The notes: generated from the sequence alone by a model not told the origin. A stretch of DNA of 64,000 bases from Eledone cirrhosa (GCA_964016885.1 OZ024743.1:156550001-156614000), one strand, 5' to 3'; shown: positions 39,702 through 53,944, numbered from the stretch's first letter. Translations and numbers: made by a program.

Positions 39702-39783
39702 ACTCCCTGATGACGCAATGAATTCTCGAGAGTTAGATTACGTAACTGTCTTTATCCCATTGCAGAAACTAATTAGTTGGAGT
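39702..39783 (+). ncRNA. Type I hammerhead motif (right arm)
   Basis: Mirror copy of 39184-39265. Confidence 0.75.
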
Positions 39784-39972
39784 GAAAATTTAAGTAAGTA
39801 AGTAAAAAATAAAAAAAAAAAAAATGTTGAAAAAGATTTTCTTATTTTACGTCTTTTATATTATTGTTCTGCATCCTCCTGCATTGAACCACCTAGGTAC
39901 TATGACATAACCTGTGTATTTGCTGGCATAGGTGTGCATCTGTGCGCTTATGTTAGTTGATATATTAAATTA

Positions 39973-40029
<57 letters not shown>

Positions 40030-40067
40030 TGGTAGAGCGCTGGAAGGTAATATCCGTAGTGGTATAA

Positions 40068-40198
<131 letters not shown>

Positions 40199-40231
40199 TA
40201 TATAGATATATATATATTAAGAGAGAGAGAT

Positions 40232-40325
40232 AACTGGATTCGCAATCGTGAGGTTTTCAGTTCGATTCCTGGACCGGGCAATTTGTTATGTCCTTGAGTA
40301 AGACACTTTATTTCACGTTGCTGCC
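40232..40325 (+). mobile_element. SINE family A fragment
   Basis: gttcgattcc B-box and gtccttgagtaagacactttatttcacgttg. Confidence 0.7.
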
Positions 40326-40502
40326 TGGATTGGCAACCGATAGATCGTATTAGCAATTGGAAAGAGCAACGGAAACACTGTTTCCTCGGTCCGATTTGAC
40401 AACAAAATAATTATATATATATAAAGATATATAAATATATATTTGAATTATTGTCGATGCCGGCCTGGCATTGATAAATCTGCTGGGTCCGTCAACTCCT
40501 TA

Positions 40503-40573
<71 letters not shown>

Positions 40574-40934
40574 GTAGATATATATAGATAGATATATACG
40601 CGTGTGTGTGTCCGGATAGGTATAGGGGGTCTGGGCTTTGTAGTTATAGGTGCTCTTGTCCTAAGGTAGATACATCTGTACATGTCCATAAATGACCACA
40701 TGTTGATAGTCAGAGAGTCAGATAGGACAGGTTAACTTATTCATATTGATGTATGTCAGTTGATAGAGTGTTAGATAGATTGGTAGTTAGATAGGCAAGA
40801 AAGATGCGTATGTAGACGTAGAAAGAGTGAGTGAGAGCGAGAGTAAGTAAATAGAGGGGCAAATACAATCGACTACTCCATCTTGATGGTGAAGATCGAC
40901 AATGGACGCAGGCCACTGAGTTAACCCTGTAAAC

Positions 40935-41118
40935 TAATTGTTTCTACTTCAGGCAACAAGGCCAGCAATAACCCAGTGCATTACAGGTACTTTATGTTAT
41001 CGACCCCGTAAGGATGAAAGGCAAAGTCAACCTCGGTGGGATTTGAACTCAGATCGTAAAGGGACGTAACTATGCTGGAAAGTATGGCGTTGGACCCTCT
41101 ACCGATACTGCCAGTTAA
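40935..41118 (-). mobile_element. SINE family B
   Basis: Reverse complement of the consensus (atcgaccccgtaaggatgaaaggcaaagtcaacctcgg). Confidence 0.85.
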
Positions 41119-41269
41119 CACTGTACAATAATAAGACACACGCTCACATGCATATATACATATCTATATTAGTAAGTGTGTGTGTGAACATATATACAAT
41201 TAGTAAACTATGAGTGTTTCAGTCTACAATCAACACTCAAACTCCATTTGTTTCTTTGAATTCCTTGTT

Positions 41270-41730
41270 CATAACTAATATTGGTTCCTCCCAAGGGTCT
41301 TTGGAGTAAAGTTCCTCGATATAGTGCGTAACTCAGAAATCATGTAAAGCCGCTACGTCTCCGAATTGAGGGATCACAGTTCCGATATTATGGGCATGTG
41401 GTGGACTGCCTTTGGATAGAATCAATCCGCATATTTTATCGGCAAAACCAACCGTCAGGAGACCCAGTGGCAGAATCCGAGCCACATGGTTGCATAACAG
41501 ACATGAGCTTGGTTGTTCTCGCAGTGAGAATCAGCCGGATCAGTTGGAAAAGGTTGCTTCTGAGAGGACCCGATCGATGGAAGGTTTTGAGGATTCAGTC
41601 TCTGCGCCCCTCTCGGGAATCGGTTGAAGAAGAAGAAGAAGAAGAAGAAGAAGAAGAAGAAGAAGAAGAAGAAGAAGAAGAAGAAGAAGAAGAAGAAGAA
41701 GAAGAAGAAGAAGAAGACGACGACGACGAC
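41270..41730 (+). mobile_element. RTE-clade LINE 3' fragment with expanded (GAA)n tail
   Basis: LRIEGSQFRYYGHVV, then LSAKPTVRRPSGRIRATW, resembling the RTE C-terminal LRWxGHV...RPxGRP..W motif. About 30 GAA units follow (41626-41716). Confidence 0.75.
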
Positions 41731-42802
41731 GCACAAGAATCGGATTGTCTGGACATGAATAATATAGCTGAGATAAAAAATATTAGAAGCATGGGCATTT
41801 ACATATATAATATACATAAGTTATGTTAATACACGTTTAAAATAGTGTAACTGTGAAATTGGAAAATAAAATTGAGTTTGACAAACAACACTACAAGATA
41901 TATTTTTACTTTTGATATGAAAGAAAATGTCAGAATGGTGACAATTAGTAGACTGTTGTATAAAGAACGCAACAGGGTACTGCTATAACTTACGATATGA
42001 ATGAATATAGTGGAGACAGTTCCAGGAGAGTCTGAATGACGCATAAGATGTCTTCCCAAAATTTGTAAGGCTACTGATATTTGTATTCAAAATGTCTATT
42101 ATCGAAATATAAGGTCGAATATATGCTTCATATATTTATAATGGGGAAAATGTTCTTGCGTTTGTCTAGAAGTTGATATATTTATGTCTTCTACAAAACA
42201 AAATAAGTATATATTATATATATATGCTAGAAGAGCAATTAACAAGTTTATGTCTACAACAGATCTTATTTTCATTCGTACCAATAAATATATTTTCAAA
42301 AGCCCGGTTGGGATCTATGAAGACATCAATATGTCTGAAACTGTTATATTTCATGATCTATTGAATTTTGTCTATATCTTCGAGAAAATATTTCAAAACT
42401 TGTCCACTGTGATTGAAACAAAAAACTTAGTGGCACAGCATCTGACATAATATAAGAGAAACAAATGTGAGACAGAAAGAAAAATAGTCAGAGGAATATA
42501 ATAATAGTATAAAAAACATATATAATGAATGATAATTAATGTAAGTATATAAATACTGTAGTATACAGATCTTAAGACAGTTGACAAAGACTCATATATA
42601 TAACTAAATAAAAAAAACTTTTAATGTTAACATAAGATTATTTTCATATAAGTAAATATGGTTTTGTGCAACAAAGTTAACTTTATTTTCATATAAATGA
42701 AACATGTAAATTGAAATAGATATCATGCAAGTGATCAATTGTGAGTGAAAAGTTGGAAAATTAAATAGAAATATTGGGGAAACTAATAAGAACGGAAACA
42801 CT

Positions 42803-42995
42803 AATAATTGTTTTTACTTTTGGCACAAGACCAGCAATTATTCCAGTGCATTACTGGTACTTAATTGTATCGACCCCATAGAGATGAAATACACATTTAC
42901 CCTCGGCGGGATTTGAACTGAGACTGTAAAGAGTGGTAACTCTATGCTGCAAAGTATAGCGTCCGACCCTCTACCGATAATGCTAATCCACGGCC
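42803..42995 (-). mobile_element. SINE family B
   Basis: Reverse complement of the consensus. Confidence 0.8.
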
Positions 42996-43569
42996 CATGC
43001 CAATCCTATGTCCAAAATGTTAAAATATAAAATCTTTTTAGATGGTTCAAACACGTGTAACTATGTTAGCCTAGTATAAAATTCCACACTAGCTTCACAA
43101 ACATCTACCTTTGTATGTTTAATAAGCTATAATCTCTCAAAGTATTAGTAATTTCTGATACGGAATAGTGCCTAAAAATGATTTGTCATGAATTACTATT
43201 TTAAATAGAGAGTAGATAGGCCCGTAAAACTTCTGCGAATTTAAATGCACTTATTATTTCTATTTTGATGCCCAGATTACAGACCTTATAACGTTGTTTT
43301 TTTTATTTTACATATTACACATACGACTTCGATTTCGTTCTACAGATAAATTTCTCACAACATAACAAAGATAAAGGTTTTCTTGATGTTAATAAGTATA
43401 GTTTCTTATATCCTAACGCTTTTAGAAATTGTAATGAGCAAACAACTCAATAAATGGACCCAATATTAGATTATATACTATATCGATACTCGAAGAATGA
43501 AAGGAAAAATTAACATGAACAGAGCAATAGCAGTAATACGACAGAGCAGCAACAACAAATTATTTATTA

Positions 43570-44428
43570 CTGGCAGTGGTACCCGGCGTTGCACAGGATA
43601 AGGTAGTTTGGAAGGCGGGCCGCCAAAGACCTAATCGTTGAAAAAATGCATGCCTCGACAATATGTAAAGAAAATAAACCGAATACTCTGATGGCTGGAT
43701 AATCTTTAAGATTTTCCTCGGTGAAGCAGGAAAAATGCAGGTTTTCACCTAATGCGAGCCCTAGCGGATCAAGAAAATGAATGTCTTCATGTGAATAATA
43801 TGCCTTTAAATTTCGGGAAAATCGGCTAGACGTAACGCCTAAAACGCAAAGCTGAAAAAATGAAGTTTTTCACCTAATGCGGGCTCCATTAAAAGTTGGA
43901 TTTTCTTTGCTCACGGTATGACGAAGAGACTGACTAATACATAGGCTTTCATTTTTAGTGTTGTGTGAAATATATAACCGCCTTCGCTAAGCTTAATATT
44001 GCCACAACTACGGCTGGCAAAGAAGTAAGGGTCTGGTGGTATTCAAGTAAGCAACACTGTGGCTTAAAACGTGAGGAAGAAGTTGTGTGCACTTACCAAC
44101 TGTTTGGGGAATGAGTGTGAGATTTGTCTTGAGCAAAGGTGGCAGAATAACCGAGGCAGCAGACAACAGACATACAGACATATATAAGGGCGCAACGCTA
44201 TATGGATGTATCTATCTAAAAAGAGAAAGACTAAGAATTGTAGAGAGATATCGCTAAATCGCCTAATGCGGTCCCTAGGGTATGGAAAATTTGAGATTTC
44301 TTTGGCTCAGAATAGCCTTGAAACTTAAGTATTACATGTGTAAAATTTGAAAAAATCGGTCTAGTACTTCTCTAGTTTTAGGGATTCTAACTCACACACA
44401 CACAAACAGACATCCTCAGTTTTATAGA
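43570..44428 (-). mobile_element. Non-autonomous Helitron (Lep1-like)
   Basis: Minus strand 5' A|TCTATAAAACTGAGGATGTCTGTTTGTGTGTG. 3' imperfect hairpin cctgtgcaacgccggg, then taccactgCCAG|T (decayed CTAG). Contains the aaatttgaaaaaatcggt core. Confidence 0.75.
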
Positions 44429-44539
44429 TTAATATTTCTGTATTGGCTAGTAGAGCAAAGCAAAAGGTACAGTACAATATTTACATAGAACCTGTAAAAA
44501 ATTGTAGATAACAATAGTGTGCAGCATCACCCAGGGACG

Positions 44540-45470
44540 TTCGCGAACCCCACAGATCCGAATTCACCATGATCGCCGAGAGCATACTAACAAGATCGAA
44601 CTGGTGCATGCTCACTGTAGGCACATTCACTTGGGCTATCCTTGCTACATTCACCCACCGTTTAACAAATGTAATGTGTCCAGCACTTACCTCTCTACTT
44701 CTACCTCATGCAACTAGGATATGTCCGTTTGACAACCCTTCCTTGCTTGTAGAGTTTATCTCGAAATCCAGGCCAGGAATTTCTGAAAATTATCTATAGA
44801 CACCGGACAGAAGATCTTCCGGAACACACCGAGTAGTTCGTTCCTGTGGACGCCTAGAATCTTCCCGTGAACATCGTGGAAATTTCCCATCATTAGTCCT
44901 GAATATAACGCTAGCGTGTAATTCCCATTTTGCGTGTGGATCGTATCAACCTAGAGGTCTGTATCGAACCGGACCACGAATAACGTCACCGGTCCTTTTG
45001 CCCAAGCAGTGAGGTGACTGTCGAATGGCATGCATTTGCAAACCAAACACCCTATCCGGCTTGATTTTCGCTCCCATCAACATCTCATTCTTCTATAAGA
45101 AGTTGCCAAACAACTTCCTATCCGAAGTGTTCGAAACCATCACGGTGCCGTCGTTCGTGTACGCTGACGCAGCCCCCTCAACGTTCCGGCTCGAGCAGGA
45201 TATCCCTTAAATAAATTCAGCTTTAATGGCTCCATTTTCAGCATATACAGAATTGGGAGAGAGGGCATTAATGAAAGACCCTGTACGCGATTTGAAACGG
45301 TTCCGATGGGTGGCCACATATTCTGTCCACCGAGCAGAGGCTGCATTCAATTGTAGCCCTTCAGCGTCTGGAGTTGGCGTCAAACCTGGCTGCCTTGAAA
45401 ACATAATCCATGTATCGGCGGTCGACCTTATCTCAAGCTTTCAATTGATCTAAATTCATTAGAGGCCCAA
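44540..45470 (-). pseudogene. Old Tx1/L1-like RT fragment
   Basis: MNLDQLKA*DKVDRRYM and SAYTNDGTVMVS, homologous to the 11.8-14.3 kb element. Confidence 0.6.
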
Positions 45471-45769
45471 GGAAACAAGGTCTACTCCTTACCCACTTTA
45501 TGATGTTTTCGCTGGAGGTGGGTGTTGTCATATATATATATATACACGTAGTTCAGATTGCACATTTTAGGCGCCAACCTCACTGCTAGCATTTTCTTCG
45601 AAATATTAATATCTTAGGCAGGCTGGAACGAATGTGACGGTGACGAGGTGTAGCAACAAAGCGGTCAATGACTGACGCAAGATATTTGATTCCAAGTAGA
45701 AGTGTGCGATTATTCTGCGACAATTCCATTTAATGTTCAGGGGCGATGATAGTTCAGAAGAAGAGGAGG

Positions 45770-48010
45770 GTTTAAGAGTATATCCGGATGCTCTGCCATG
45801 GTTCTAGGTGATGGAGGCGGAGGTTTGCGAAAATACGATAGCAACTAGTGATATAGGTGATGCAATGGCTATTTGCATGATAGGCACATCATCTGAATTG
45901 GATGGTCTACGCTATGAGCTATACACAAACATGCCCGATTTTTTCGGCGACATCCTAACTGATGCCTACAGTAGAACGGTTGATAAAAGCAGAATTTAAG
46001 ATTTTCGCCGATGGATTGGCGGATGAATTGGCGAGGACGTTGGTGCTTGTCGTCGGTGGTCTTGTTGGGGAGGCAGAGCCAAAATCCATACCTGACTGAT
46101 CCATCCATGAGGGCCTCCACTAGCTTATAGAGAGAGTGGCTAAGGAACATGTAGCGGGTGGGGCTCTGATCAATGTAGATCAATTGAAAGCTTTTGATAG
46201 GATCGAACAACGCTACAGTCAAAGCAGTCGGCTCCGCACACATTTACGTAAACTGGATCACTGTAATGCATAAATTCTGTAATACATAAGTAGTGTGGTT
46301 AGAGTGAAAGATCACCTTTCATGAACCGTTCAAAATAATGCGCTCTCCCCATTAAGGCTTTCCCCTCTCGTCTCTTTTGTATGTATTCAGTCGCGAGCCA
46401 TTAGTACATAAAATGAACACGTTGATGGGCATATCCTGTTCGTGAGACAACTGTATCAGAAAATGCTGACGACGTCAACCTTGTGGTGTCGAACTCGAAA
46501 CATATTTAGATGATCGCAATCTCTCTCAGGGAGCACGAAGTGGTAACAGGAGCAAAGATTAACAAGGAAACATCGTTGGGCCAACGACGGCGTCTGCTGC
46601 CGTGCCGGTTAAATTGCTCGGGTTTGGGATTGGACGAGACATTCAAATAGACAAAACTTGGTATGAAGTATCGTGCAGAGGCAGTTCTGTTACTCGGCAA
46701 TGGGCCCAGAGGCAGCTAGCTCTGAACAGTCGAGTTGGTGAACGTATAAATTTGCGCTCGTTATCCAATACCGCTTGACCAAGCTGTAATGTACTGGTCG
46801 ACGTCTCACTAAACTGGGGCACTGTGAAAGAGAGAAGCAATGTATATCCTGTCGACACCCATATGCACTGAGGCTGCAACATCTCAAACAAATGTGGTCA
46901 CCATTCGCCAGCCACATTTTACCCCTACTTGTCCCCTTAATAGAACTGCAGTCCAGAGTCAAGCTATGACTGAGATATAGCTAAAAGACTGGAATGTATC
47001 CAATTACTCACAACCCTCGATTAATCTGGCAGTACGATCGGTTGAAACTCCACAGTAGCGTCCTTTAGAGTGTTTGTGCGTAAACAACGTCGAAGTTTTG
47101 GGGGAGAATTTAGGCTTTGACGAAAATCAACTAACCACACTGTCTCAAAGGATTTTCAGTCCATGTTCCCTGGATCATTTGCCGGAATCCTTCGCCCGAC
47201 AGTGCTATCGAGGAGCTTTGCCAGTTAGAGATAAAATCTATAGGGATGCAAATGCCATCAGCCTGGTGTGTTCGGGATGTGCACAGGGTGACGAAACGGT
47301 GCTGATTCGCGCTCATTAAGTGTCCGAGCAGTGCTGACTTGTGAGACACCAGTGTGCGGGCACTTGCCCTAGTAGTCAGGTTGACCATGGCGTTTTATGA
47401 GCTTTTTCACAACTGACACTCAGAATCTCTCCACTTTTCAGGAATTTGTTATGTTTTATTTTAAAATGAATATTTTCTTAGTCTCTGTAATAAATTATAA
47501 TTTACACACACAAAAAAAAAACTTCGCTATAATTCCCCGTGTCATCCTATGTCATCTGAAAGATTTCCTTAATGTGAGCCCTATGGGGTTAATGAATAAA
47601 AGATTATTAGCATTGGGTAATGCAAAGACCGAGTGAGAGCACTTGGAGATTAGAACGTCTTCAAGCGCTCGCAGCCCTCAGCCAATAGGGATGTGCCATC
47701 GGTAGAAACTTCAACTTAAAATTCTATAGTATATTAGTGGAGATTAAGAACGACGACGACCTTGGGGAGTTCTGGACATTGACGAAAATCAAGTAACAAC
47801 AATTTTCCAGAGTATCTTCGGTCCAGTGTCCATGGATAACCTCCAGAATTCTCTGTGATGGCAGTGCTACTGAAGGAGATTTACTAGTTCGAGATAAACT
47901 CTACAGGCATTGCGACGAAACCATCCTACATGCACTCATTAAGTGTGCGAGTATTGCTGATATGTGGGTTTATGTCACGCACCATCTGTCACGTGTCGGA
48001 CAGATTGTGA
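45770..48010 (+). mobile_element. Decayed Tx1/L1-like LINE, plus a second short 3' fragment at ~47610-48010
   Basis: LDGLRYELYTNMPDFFG; GGALINVDQLKAFDRIE; ADDV; QCYRGALPVRDKIYR..CSGCAQGDETV. AATAAA near 47596. Confidence 0.78.
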
Positions 48011-48621
48011 AGGTAAATGGAATTTAGAAATATTATTAACATAGAGAGCCAGTCACATTTAAATATGTTTTCCTCATTTAAAAGGCCTCAATTCTCTGGG
48101 AATTTCAGGTCACAACTATACTTCACTTTTGAATGTATCTTCATCTACTGCTTATTCCACACCTGCCACATTAGAACTAGAGTAAATGTTGGGTATATTT
48201 CCAAAATATATAATAATGAAACATAGATGTAAGAATATTCAACTGAGAACAATATTCTGAATCAAACTCGTCATTATTTTTATGTTCAAGGGCTTTAATA
48301 TGAGATATGTTGTCCAATTATGGAATAACCGCTCATGTATATATGTAGATGTAGCAATGTTCAATAACATCCAACGTATCATCTAAAACAATTATGATAT
48401 CAAATATATGAAAAAAGAAATAATATAAAATAAGAATCTGTTGTTTTTTTTTTGTGAATTAATGTTTTCTTTCCACTTGAACTCAAATCAGTATTAATTT
48501 GCATGCCTGACCAATCGTTCAAAATGACGTTTACATGTTCTCCGATATCTTATTTTTTGTTTCCTGATGTTCATTTTGTTTGTTTCTTAGATAGGAAATA
48601 TGCCCTATTCTCGCATTTGCT

Positions 48622-48800
48622 TGATTTGTTTAATGTCATATCTGCAAATTCATATTATTACTTTATATATTCAGAGTAATATATGATTTGTTTAATGTCA
48701 TATCTGCAAATTCATGTTATTACTTTATATATTCTGAGTTATATATGATTTGTTTAATGTCATATCTGCAAATTCATATTATTACTTTATATATCTGAGT
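48622..48800. repeat. 62-bp tandem repeat, 3 copies
   Basis: tgatttgtttaatgtcatatctgcaaattc at 48622, 48684 and 48746. Confidence 0.9.
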
Positions 48801-48893
48801 TCAAATCCCGCCGAGGTTAACTTTGCCTGTCATCCTTACGGGGTCGATACACTGGGATAATTGCTGGCCTTGTGCCAAAAGTAGAAACAATTA
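48795..48893 (+). mobile_element. 5'-truncated SINE family B with ~17-bp TSD
   Basis: ctgagttcaaatcccgccgagg...agtagaaaca, with attattactttatatat on both sides. Confidence 0.82.
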
Positions 48894-49959
48894 TTACTTT
48901 ATATATTGTTACTTTTGTTTTGCTCTTCACACAACAGTTAATATTTGTTATTAAGGCTGAAATACTTTCTGTCGTTTGAATGATGAATATTCTTTTTCTT
49001 CATTGTGTTGCGTTCAACAAAATAACTCGCTCTTTTTCTTATTTAATTTTGTCTTCATATTTTGTCATTCCCTTGCCGAATTTCTGCTATTAATATTTGT
49101 TCTTCAAGATCTATTTATCAGAAACAAAAACAGGTTATTATGATTGGTGTGTTTTTATCTAATGCTATTTCGAAGCATCTTCAGAAAAATGGTTTCATCT
49201 TGTTTCAGAGTGAAGTTTGTTTGTCTTATTTTATATCATATTTATCTGAATTATAAACATTTTTTTGTTTTGAATGTTTCTCATTATAGCCGGTTTGACA
49301 TTCCGATGAGTTTTTTTGAGTTTTTTACTATAAATACTAACATTCCCTTTCCAACATGTTCACACCTCTTTTGTTCCATCTTATTTTCCATCTGAGTTTC
49401 TCAGTCAAGGTAAATGCAAATAATTAGTGTAATATAATTATTTTTCCTGAATAAATAAAGGATTTGAAATTTACCTTTCGGCATATATTTAGCAAGTCTA
49501 ACATAGGTTGAATTGTTTCACAAATGTATATATTTACAGTGATATAGCTACAGTTTTACATGTATTAAATATGCAGGCAGCTAGCATTAGAATAAGGTTT
49601 GAATGTAGGTTTTATTCCTAGTATCCGCTAACTTGTAGTGTAATATAGACCCGAGTAAGACCTTACCAACCATTCACTCTTCTGTTTCGTTAGCAAACGT
49701 TATGCAATACATACATTCACTTTTTTAAGATATGTACTCACAGCCTCGTACTCACTCCCTCGTTGGCAACTGTTTTCATTATGGCATCATGTCCATCTGC
49801 AAATACACCTACGATACATATGTATATATATATATATTGATATCACCTTGACCGACCAGTCTATCGGGCACCATTCGGCGCCGCTGATCACAGCACGTGC
49901 TGTTTTAGCCATAAGATGACGCCATCCCACTGGCTGGGCGGGCAGGCCGTAAGTCTTCT

Positions 49960-50570
49960 CCACTTTTGCCCGACCCCACCTTGAATACTGTTGTCCACTG
50001 TGGTCACCCCAACGAAACAAAGTATCATGAAAGTTGAAGCACCCCAAAGGTCAATTACAAAGAAGATAGATGGCATGACAGGCCTTGACTATTGGAGTCG
50101 ATTAGAAAAGCTCAAACTTTATTCTCTTCAACGTCGACGTGAGCGCTACATTATCTGTATGATGTGGAAAATATTCCATCAGCTTTGCCCAAATGATGTT
50201 GGCATCACCTTTAGTGTACCCACAAGGCTTGGGCCCCTTGCTATCCGAGACGACAAAAATCTCACTCGCATCACATAACAACAATATGTCACAATTATTT
50301 CACCTCAATTGGCCCTGAGCTCTTTAACATTACACCAAAACACATCAAAGCAGACACAGACCCCATCAAGTTCAAGAAGTATTTGGATAAATTCCTTCAA
50401 TAAATCACGGATAAGCCTCCTACACCCGGATATGCCGCTGTAAACAATAACTCTCTGCTCGAGTGGGCCATGGTGCCCAAACACTAATTTGTAAGACTTC
50501 GCCAAGTGGTGCTATTAAGTTAGACATGGCCTGGGCCAATACTGGCCGAAATCTTTTCAAAGTTAACAAA
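49960..50570 (+). mobile_element. CR1/L2-group LINE 3' fragment
   Basis: RPHLEYCCPLWSP; EAPQRSITKKIDGMTGLDYWSRLEKLKLYSLQRRRERY. Confidence 0.8.
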
Positions 50571-50571
50571 G

Positions 50572-50610
<39 letters not shown>

Positions 50611-50616
<6 letters not shown>

Positions 50617-50918
50617 ATACTTGGGGAGGGTCATATTTGCGTAATATTGCCAGAATTAATAACAGAACACACTCACTGTTTGGTTGGTTTTCGCTTCTCG
50701 CTGTCTTTTATATCTGCGATCTAACTTACTCGGTCCTCAATGTTGCCATTGCCTGACCGACGGTCAAAATAATACAGACACAATATAGACACAAACACAT
50801 ATATATAGTTTACATAATTTACATAAATCTTTCGTTGCACATCTGCAACATCGTCAGTGGTGTTATATTCTTTGTTCCTCCTGTTGTGTTGTATGTCTAC
50901 GCCCTTTTTTATTCAGTC

Positions 50919-50922
<4 letters not shown>
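50611..50922 (-). mobile_element. Solo pLTR of the Neptune-type family with an HHR-like motif
   Basis: Matches ~33335-33620. (TA)n on both sides. HHR-like motif at 50826-50861. Confidence 0.85.
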
Positions 50923-50963
<41 letters not shown>

Positions 50964-51157
50964 TTTAGTACAGCATAGACGAAGATCTAGTATACGGCCA
51001 AGCAAGCGTGTATGCTTATTCGGTTTGTAGCTTTAGCACTCAGATGAGGTAAGACCCCAGAGTATAACATTATGTTCAGACAGCTTAGCAAATTAGATAT
51101 AGCAGTCGGCAGTCCGACCGCATCACTAGAGCAACGAAAATACAGGACCCAGGTGAA

Positions 51158-51197
<40 letters not shown>

Positions 51198-51539
51198 TTA
51201 TTTAACTGCTCTGTAAAACAACTGATGTTCATACATTGAGCTATTTCTCTTACTGGTAATAAGGTAATTAAGAAATTACTGATCTTCCTGTTTATAGATG
51301 TTTATACTATATACATAACTATAAATAGTATTATTATTATATATATATATATCTAATAATACAACCACACGATACAACTTAAACTGAACAACCACCACAG
51401 CTACACACCATCATACAACAACCGCAGGGGCCAATACAACTATAAGAGGCAACCAAACTTCAACAGCCATCACAACTTCCTTAATCATTTTTTAGACACA
51501 GCACACAGACACAGGATTACAAGATAACACAAAACACGC

Positions 51540-51720
51540 AGGAGACACAAAATGCAATAAAAATTGTCAATTTAACCTCTAAAGAATTAACAACAGACTA
51601 AATCAACATACTCTCCAAAGGTCTAAAATTTACACCAACTTCCCAACAACCAAACTACCCCGAAATGAAGGAAGATATTGCAGAATTCGGTAGAAAACTA
51701 AGACTCAGCGAACACTATTT
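51540..51720 (+). pseudogene. PLE N-terminal fragment
   Basis: IVNLTSKELT..INILSKGLKFTPT..EDIAEFGRKLRL, the typical PLE N-terminal motif. Confidence 0.7.
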
Positions 51721-51729
51721 AATTCTGAA

Positions 51730-53620
51730 GTGGATTCGTATTTTTACATTGCACATACTGATGCTGAAAAGAAAATTTAGAAAGACCGTCTTCGTAATAA
51801 TGAACAGAAAATGGGAGATGCTTCATTTCTCGAAGCCCTGCGTTGCCAGAAAAAACTATCTCTGGGTGCTGAAGAAAAAGGTTACCAGAAAAAGTTATCT
51901 TCAAAGTTTAAGCGTAATCAGGTTTCTGTGGCTCGTCGAGAGTCAGAGAACCATAGAAAGCGTTTGTCAGCATCTGTAGCAGCAACCTTCCACGTAATAA
52001 ACTGAGTGATTCAAGTTCAACCAAAGATGAAACTGAAGATGAACAGGATCCTGAATTTCAGGCTTCGAACCCACCCAGAGACAGCTCAAAGTCAGACAAG
52101 AAATGAAAATCCAGCTGGAACTCCCAAATAATCCATTTCAAAGTCCAAACATTTCTCTATTGGCTGATCGTTTAAACCTGACACTGGGCCAGAGAACAGC
52201 ATTTATGGCATCGATTATTTCATGAGGGTGGGACTGACATAGACGCCACAACTCTCACCAAGAATAGTAGCAGACGTGCAGCTAAGAAGATCAGAACTGT
52301 GGTGGCTGAACACATAAAGAAAAGATTTGCTGTACCAGACTTTGTTACCTTGTATTGGGATGGCAAAATAATTCCTAGTGAACACGGGAGGCTAGGTGTG
52401 CGAGTTGCTGGAACTCCAGACTTCAGAGAAGGTAAATTCCCTGGTGTTCCCATAATTCCTGATGGCACTGGAACCACCCAAGCCAAAGTAGCATTTGATC
52501 TTGTTAAAAATTGGAATATTGATGGGTCTGTGGTGGGCTTTGTCTTCGTATTTTGGATGAATAAATGGTGCCTGCGTGACAAAAAGGTATTTTATTTTGC
52601 TTGTCGGCACCATGTCATGGAGCGTATTTTGTGTGCAGTGTGGCAACAACTATTCGGAGCAATGTCCAGTGCAGACACCCCAGAGTTCAAGAAGTTACAA
52701 AAATATTGGGTATCACTCATGGACAAGACCAACTTTAAAATATTGAACATTGTCGACCGGAGACTCAAGCGTCTGTGTTCTGAGAACATCAAGTTCCTCC
52801 AACATTTGCTGACATTTGCTGACGATGTTAAAATGAGTTCTCTTCCACGGGGCGACTATCGAGAATGTGACGAGTTGATGCTGATCTTATTTGGTGTCAC
52901 CCCTTCTCGTGGAATTCATTGGATGCTGCCTGGTGCACATCATAACGCTCGGTGGATGTCCACAATCATCTATAGTGCATTTGGTGAGCGACTCAATTAC
53001 GATCAAGCTAAAATAGAAATGTTGCGCCGGAACAGTATATTCAATGCTCTGTTCTAGGTACGATACTGGCTGACAACAGTCAAGTGTGCTGATGCATCAT
53101 CCAATGACCTTCAATTCTACGTGGAGTTGACACAGTACAGTAAGGTTGACAGAGATCTCTCGCAGGCAGCTACTACTGCTCTGAGCAGGTATCTTTGGTA
53201 ACTGACCTACGAAGCCATTCCGCTAGCGCTGTTTTCAAGTCGGGTCCAAGAGTCCTAGAAGAAACAAATAGCACAACGTCTTGTCAAAACGAAAACGTAT
53301 AGGCCTCTCGACCGTGGTGCTCCAGTATTTCCCGTGTTGAAGTCGTCCACGAAGCTGCCTCATCTAGTTTGGAAAACATCAAGGCTTCTGTTCTATCTCC
53401 TCGGTCTGCAACTTGGTCATCACAAGCGTTATATCAAAATGCATGTGCTGTTGTTCACAATATCAAGGTAGTGAACGTTCTGGCGGAGAGAGCAGTCAAG
53501 TTAATAACTGATTTTGTGCCATCACCAAGAATGAGGAAGATAAGCAGTGTGTTCTTGCAGTAGTCGAAGCTCATCGTCGCAAGGTCCCGGATTTCAAAAA
53601 AGAAGCAGTGAAAATATATG
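51730..53620 (+). pseudogene. Decayed hAT-like (possibly hATm-type) DDE transposase
   Basis: LYWDGK, ACRHHVME (CxxH), GAHHNARWM, RYLW.L, VVNVLAERAVKL. TIRs not located. Confidence 0.62.
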
Positions 53621-53944
53621 ACAGGAGTTAACTTAACTGAACTTGTTTCTACCTTGTACGCCTTTATATTCAAAGCTGGTTTTCTAAATATAATGGATTT
53701 ATAAAATAAACAATTATTGTATGGTCATATTTGGTTTCATATTTTCATGATTTCATGCAACATAATCACACTTTCCACTATAATCACCATGGTATAGGCA
53801 ATGCTCAAAACAATTTATTTTATACAAAATGTATACATATAGTAGGAACGATCGACTTTCGTCAAATCGGACTGAGGAAACAATGTTTCCGTTGGTCTTT
53901 CCTGTTGCTAATACTATCTATCGGTCGCAACTCCAGGTAGAAGG

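Larger units (their letters stand above)
39107..39860. repeat. Near-perfect ~750-bp palindrome (arms ~370 bp, 14-nt spacer) with an HHR in each arm
   Basis: 39107-39476 is the reverse complement of 39491-39860. Spacer aacaccccccaaaa. Confidence 0.93.

Noticed and set aside
41830-42480. Possible decayed coding sequence
   Set aside because: No motif could be assigned in any frame.
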